In this document: positions 22,901 through 24,000 of the stretch, piece after piece
Position numbering within the stretch: the stretch's first letter is position 1
How the letters are laid out: every line of letters begins with the position of its first letter
NCBI GenBank assembly: GCA_019322895.1
Contig: JAHWHZ010000003.1
Coordinates: forward strand, 1 to 24,000
Source: Candidatus Woesearchaeota archaeon
GTDB taxonomy: Archaea; Nanobdellota; Nanobdellia; Woesearchaeales; ARS49
DNA length: 24,000 bases
Reading direction: 5' to 3'
The notes under the pieces: model-generated
Told to the model about the DNA's origin: nothing
The model's input: the letters and a program-made list of their open reading frames with translations, nothing else
Databases searched by the model: none
Made by a program: the position numbers and the translations under genes

Positions 22901-24000
22901 AAAGAAAAGGATAATACCTGGCTTGGGTATTACTCTTGCAAGGATGCTTGAAGGCCCTTCTGCTGAATTGCCAAGTGCAGCTGCTCCAGGCCCTTCTGTT
23001 GGATGGAGAGGAGGCAGTGCTGGCGGAACTGTTTCAGCGCAGGCACAGGCAATACAGTCAAGATTATCTGCTCGCGGCAGGGGCGTAAGCGCAGGAATGG
23101 GCGCAGGACAAGCACTGACTGCGTTTGCAGTTGCTGACATAACTGGAGCGCAATTTTCTGCAGTACAGCAGGTGAGAACAGGCGGCAGCGGAGCTGCAGC
23201 CAGAGGCGGAGGAGCAACACCTTCTATTTCTCCTCAAGAGCTTGAGCAGTTGCAGCTGCGGTTGCGGACAAAGGAATCTTATCTAAATAAGTTAACTTTT
23301 GCGCAGAGAAAAAGATGGGATGCATTGCACCTGACACAGAATGAACTTTATGAAAAATTAAGAAAAGGGATTGACACTGACGAAGCACTTGCAGAGCTTT
23401 ACAAGATTGACCAGGAATTGACAGCTCTTTGTCCTGAAGCAAGAAAACTTGACCAGGATAGGGTGGATAGGCTTCCTGGCAGCGGCGCTTCAAAAGGCGG
23501 CGGTCCAGAGGCAGCTTCATCTGATTACTTGTCTATCCCTGACATAATGGCAGAGCATGGCGAGACCCAGAGAGAGAATGAGCAGTGCTTTATTGATTAT
23601 TGTGCTGATGGCGTTTGCTATCCATTATGTCCTGAAATTCACATCTTATTGACTGAAATCTTTCCAGGCACTGTGAAGATTGATCCTGAAAAGACTGAAG
23701 GCCAGCCTATTACACCAAAGCCTGTTGAAATAAAGGTTCCAAAGCCGGCAGTGCCAGAATACTGGGGGCCAACAGGCCCTGCAACTGTTCCCGGCATGCC
23801 GGGCTATGCTGAAACAGGCGGATATGCTGCGACAACAGGTCCTGCTGGAGAGAGTGATGTGCCGATAACCGGCGCGCAGGTTGCTTTAAGCCAGTTTGCT
23901 GCTGAAGCAGTCTTTGCAGGAGAAGCATCTAATCCTGCAATAACTACTGCAGGCAGTCTTGAAGACATATCGCCAGTAGTCACTGGCGGTACTGCAACAG
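13926..24000 (+). CDS. Giant mosaic cell-surface protein, 3'-partial (more than 3,350 codons inside the window); absent from the ORF track
   Basis: I translated frame 3 (codon starts at positions divisible by 3) by hand from the TTG at 13926 (in-frame TGA at 13905-13907) to nt 23999 and met no stop. The N-terminus (L/M)TNKKYLWLLVLVVALSILIATFGSDLVPTGL is a signal anchor. Recognisable extracellular domains follow (see sub-features). All minus-strand track ORFs from 13895 to 23928 overlap it and are antisense shadows. Confidence 0.9.
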   Translation, partial: MTNKKYLWLLVLVVALSILIATFGSDLVPTGLTVLNNTNATNNSAPVWVSNTTYFSIDKNTNLVMDLNDYFSDPENDSMSFLVTQPSNFSVNVSDSIAVLTPDMNFLGTRSFSIIASDEYLVSDQAVHVDVVETVYDETNETEENATPEEPVEIKDENDKFYGKKVIDEPDFETHFTSIESNLTYLKIVFYHDSNESQDIWVEGDVNHSLSKNSSSAFESVVLIVELIEGIVPKFNLHVGTTSEIFEFGKNIPAIEIEDGNYSLIDRDDELLDVEINKEDVSAVIKGTDSASINAKIGDVNDSAVKTDVFAADNVSMEEAVITLPVSGEINVILECSDFNVNTFICEGDWQETDIPFILNGSNIVFTVDHFSGYGGGLITVLNVQSYPTLNGNWTVAFNTTGSENLTITGVNGTSFSVDLQFLELRCGNLTVNASYDGSKVFYENYSCNETSYETSKVLTEGKHHLKFEFGNSTGYAHNLVVAGIRNVTSVLNSSIYGESGGDHLGYALALGDFNGDGREDTLFGALDADDPVIPPPFGTNVGKVYLRYAPIPRNGSFNISSITNMTWIGEANAIPPFTSNAGESLAVGDVNNDNFDDFVIGSPGFNVLGPNIGRTYLVYGRSSIMSGTALLPIGSNATFTGVAGGNAGLEVAIGDLNGDNFDDVIIGEPFAAMNKGAAYVFFGPIPDGAARTVAQANVTINGTGDGSFGYTLEIGDINGDNTDDLIVGAYTNATNRGAVYAFFGSWTAGTTINDTNANVTWYGEGPTNFLGWSLASGDDVNGDNIDDLLIGAYNATGNGKVYLIYGSALLSGTSNVSAAATSAWFGESTRDFLGWSVELDDQNNDTLADVMMGAIYYDTPVLNNAGAIYFDYAPIAAGTVNVSTVNGSLVGVVNLQELGYAMAAGSFYGIGTDHHLFPLIETGGVYYEGFPPSPPPPPIVVPRWRGSSPPGGRDPHTETDNPPCVAMEFDAELLEDGTLKVTFDSNVPSTDITLAAFVGNFGQPIGNTWGGNLRGAFGTDAEGLSTAEFNIPQDALDAGDNIRLIMTTQAGIEVCGQIDMPIRPCEAAEPRTPLEWGPIDEGDINFYEPFATAYWDDVNGELHAIGSVPMIVEGNELVPDVSNLPTSVTFTTCMDGREKTYTLPLDYADNNFQMYLFPETLASKCAWEAMSTSTGVSIADLMRGSGDTDFLTGSAVVDTGITGAAAAGKDCKYPCVYENPKTGYCTILAMASCVARTDPCPAGQKYPGWCKCECVDETKDQKEYEEALAFVEEQKKLEKESESAKEAAAGSTSQWIPTQLGGGAGVTLFKTSMPVAPEIAENKMSFKYNYQGGSGGSTPSGALITGFAAADEQSSVPITGMAISGPSGTPLGGSSGPTPAPGTAGQGGAGRTPSPTGSVPVEKKGTDEKKKRTYDCNPKNPVPKTPDTPAPKPAPPTPTPKPEPKPEPEPKPAPTPGPTYGPPYPVPTPKPGPVTYGPPAPTPKPTYKWIKTPDGWQYVPVTPTPTPTPTPTPTPGPGEAEAVTPYIASDRFIPTGMWDGTIWENTWFNFRAEGETSNPECAFIDWQSYTAPEVTGAAGIDAITGTTVAGSLASSCGAGVNDNQGAGMSRPTSGNTPATAFAEMFDLSTHPGTHDYDEPQTCKDCPYLCPMPDIPEINQPGDPGGGGPGGGGGGGGPGGGGGGGEGGLCGLGAESAGVLNSVSDDADERLQYMESRIAEDGAVNSLKQGISNLGDAVSAGVAEHAANFDGSRLPGSLGPPASSGSEGSFQALTGMAVGAQAFIPQQDIIPGEAVSVGDGQALDMRGDIVVGEGAGEARDVITEPAAEDEPGDADEREEIITDGFIEIFNPLGKDIRLEGYELWDATGEIKIPFPKGAEIKSGEYQVIAFSDLFETNFQVEPDYIFKGFSIEKFKGTIALMYTGEPSLKYVDYVRYGEKSKPMFMNGDTPPINQDLLPLNDIERKTIIISEVTVDYGKRIVFVELTNVGEEDYDLAGHKLSVYAGDDYYEGVVGESASVVAGAPSAGMPAGAALAAKAPMTAIATTAVQATGTQAIVTGVSSPPTFATSEMLVEGEGVASAITAGAVVEELSAVAAVSPAQTAVSTVGITTGSTGVASAITAGAMAAAQAGQASALTASSPTLLAPGKSIVLRFSAAGKRWEAPYPYYTDGEPVEEDNIICFEGKDPETGECLGPVMASSEMISPVAGAEVAIAAEQEIPGAFMQCPECSVGQKPNPLTCECIPITKEKKTLVQCKVILECSEGKVPDMYNCNCITPQERQKQYENWHKTGGTMITGQAITETLTTEIASVGTAAPQGIITAKKSVMELAAMPSTALLAKSPVSTLTTGKREICYEGIDSETGLCNSVPIAEDTPVLDMSDMEDAKHVEHGGVTTLLEVILEKNGEQVDYFVRDEGKIPYAGIKSYKSRTTLAGSPVDQRPDDFVEGAPSLGVVEGLEASEVAKWIINPKGQTLIEFEDEYPEEEDVEICFEGMDPETGECLGAVLPEDLDELIIEEEVSEEIPKFGDRCQQKCEFGCTDYTCCECNPAPPPEPVEETISDNTCANFCPYGYVGNTCECASSPGGDDITGGAILSTLQTEFAQTVAAQPHISTTVLEQPVGMPVTTVIEASPVENAGVALDHHLLASSITPGATSEEIQETAEELMFEDPCDTILRQAAERAAAAGEEGTELLSRKEKIDEFDVIEEINAVLDELRAQGIDVDDPDVYKQYAGYVHMKVVEKLFEYVEDIDFKVIDYKADFDKTLYANFEYGLKEKEEDEEFVVYFKHNADLKDKIINIDEFVVADKFKGDDIEKKIFEIDKELYFRFGKDYKISASATLPLNSNLFVVKFGTVPSENALRLTASTFENAIYGAGDAFTPKKLEGFADPMANTELIRLAMRDLRYDEEEMSKLIDLIEEYPPVEEEEVSPITERAKEPYEEMLDEDFQRMVDACQDVRNAFADNNRAIYGDPIISFQRIDYDEGIEYEKPLPKKRIIPGLGITLARMLEGPSAELPSAAAPGPSVGWRGGSAGGTVSAQAQAIQSRLSARGRGVSAGMGAGQALTAFAVADITGAQFSAVQQVRTGGSGAAARGGGATPSISPQELEQLQLRLRTKESYLNKLTFAQRKRWDALHLTQNELYEKLRKGIDTDEALAELYKIDQELTALCPEARKLDQDRVDRLPGSGASKGGGPEAASSDYLSIPDIMAEHGETQRENEQCFIDYCADGVCYPLCPEIHILLTEIFPGTVKIDPEKTEGQPITPKPVEIKVPKPAVPEYWGPTGPATVPGMPGYAETGGYAATTGPAGESDVPITGAQVALSQFAAEAVFAGEASNPAITTAGSLEDISPVVTGGTAT
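14058..14324 (+). other. Ig/cadherin-like domain within the giant ORF
   Basis: APVWVSNTTYFSIDKNTNLVMDLNDYFSDPENDSMSFLVTQPSNFSVNVSDSIAVLTPDMNFLGTRSFSIIASDEYLVSDQAVHVDVVE follows the AP-x-W...L-x-x-YF-x-DP-[DE]-x-D-x-[LM]-x-F...G-x-x-x-x-x-[IV]-x-A-x-D pattern of bacterial/archaeal cadherin-like (dystroglycan-type/He_PIG-like) repeats. Confidence 0.55.
15417..16718 (+). other. Seven FG-GAP repeats (integrin-alpha-like beta-propeller) within the giant ORF
   Basis: Seven successive blades. Blades 1-5 carry the Ca-binding loop D-x-N-x-D-x-x-x-D: LALGDFNGDGREDTLFGA, LAVGDVNNDNFDDFVIGSP, VAIGDLNGDNFDDVIIGEP, LEIGDINGDNTDDLIVGAY and LASGDDVNGDNIDDLLIGAY. Blade 6 (VELDDQNNDTLADVMMGAIY) and blade 7 (YAMAAGSFYGIGTDHHL) are degenerate. 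Blades 1-6 end in G-x-(V/A)Y(L/V/A)(F/I/V/R)(Y/F/D)(G/Y); blade 7 ends in GGVYYEG. Confidence 0.85.
18180..18480 (+). repeat. Pro-rich linker with in-frame short tandem repeats (PKPEPKPEPEPKP; PTPTPTPTPTPTP)
   Basis: cctaaaccagaacctaaacctgaacctgaacctaagcct (18246-18284) and acgcccacaccgactcctactccgactcctactcct (18438-18473). This is coding low-complexity sequence, not a CRISPR array. Confidence 0.85.
18909..18989 (+). repeat. In-frame GGN triplet tract encoding GDPGGGGPGGGGGGGGPGGGGGGGEGG
   Basis: 27 consecutive codons, of which 21 are GGN (Gly) and 3 CCT (Pro). Locally very GC-rich. Its antisense generates the spurious poly-Pro ORF 18866..19486. Confidence 0.9.
19443..19745 (+). other. Lamin-tail-domain (LTD)-like Ig-fold domain within the giant ORF
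   Basis: IITDGFIEIFNPLGKDIRLEGYELWDATGEIKIPFPKGAEIKSGEYQVIAFSD...GTIALMYTGEPSLKYVDYVRYG follows the prokaryotic LTD pattern ([EF]-[FW]-[IV]-E-[LI]-[YF]-N-P...[IV]-x-L-x-G-[WY]-x-L...[FY]-x-[FI]-P...L-x-x-G-x-[YF]-x-V...D-x-V-x-Y). Confidence 0.6.

Noticed and set aside
13895-23928. About 25 minus-strand track ORFs across the right 10 kb, including the poly-Pro ORF 18866..19486
   Set aside because: Every one overlaps the uninterrupted plus-strand giant ORF, which has recognisable domains. The poly-Pro run is simply the antisense of the GGN (poly-Gly) tract.
13926-24000. Diversity-generating retroelement (TR/VR pair) targeting the giant gene or the array
   Set aside because: There is no reverse-transcriptase ORF in the window. 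I saw no pair of ~100-nt near-identical segments differing mainly at adenines. The internal repeats differ by ordinary synonymous changes.

Overview
Low-GC archaeal chromosomal window. Archaeal origin is supported by eS17, Alba, an archaeal-type ProRS, intron-containing tRNAs and BRE/TATA promoters; a DPANN-like streamlined lineage is my inference only. From left to right: (1) a 5'-truncated tyrosine recombinase, converging on a minus-strand AbrB-like / small Cys protein / ParB-like operon, which looks like a mobile-element or plasmid-type module. (2) eS17 and Alba. (3) A 3.9-kb minus-strand operon of nine paralogous small proteins (2427-6362). They share a near-identical N-terminal hydrophobic anchor, an invariant [TS]-G motif, a PFPYY-type motif and, in 8 of 9, a C-terminal four-Cys module ending [YF]-C-C-x-P. 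I do not recognise this family. (4) A free-standing double-motif LAGLIDADG endonuclease gene whose last 15 nt lie inside an intron-containing tRNA-Arg(UCG). (5) A candidate tRNA-Pro(UGG) that seems to carry two introns, followed by a 17-bp duplicate of its 3' end. (6) An ATP-grasp enzyme, ProRS and several hypothetical genes. (7) A giant TTG-initiated ORF (13926 to beyond 24000, more than 3,350 codons) that is missing from the supplied ORF track because it has no stop in the window. It encodes a mosaic surface protein: signal anchor, Ig/cadherin-like domain, seven FG-GAP blades, Pro-rich and poly-Gly linkers, lamin-tail-like domains and repeated Cys-rich mini-modules. The two most unusual items are the nine-gene array and the giant ORF. 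They share a post-anchor TG motif, so they may belong to one cell-surface system. All calls come from reading the sequence by eye; no database search was possible.
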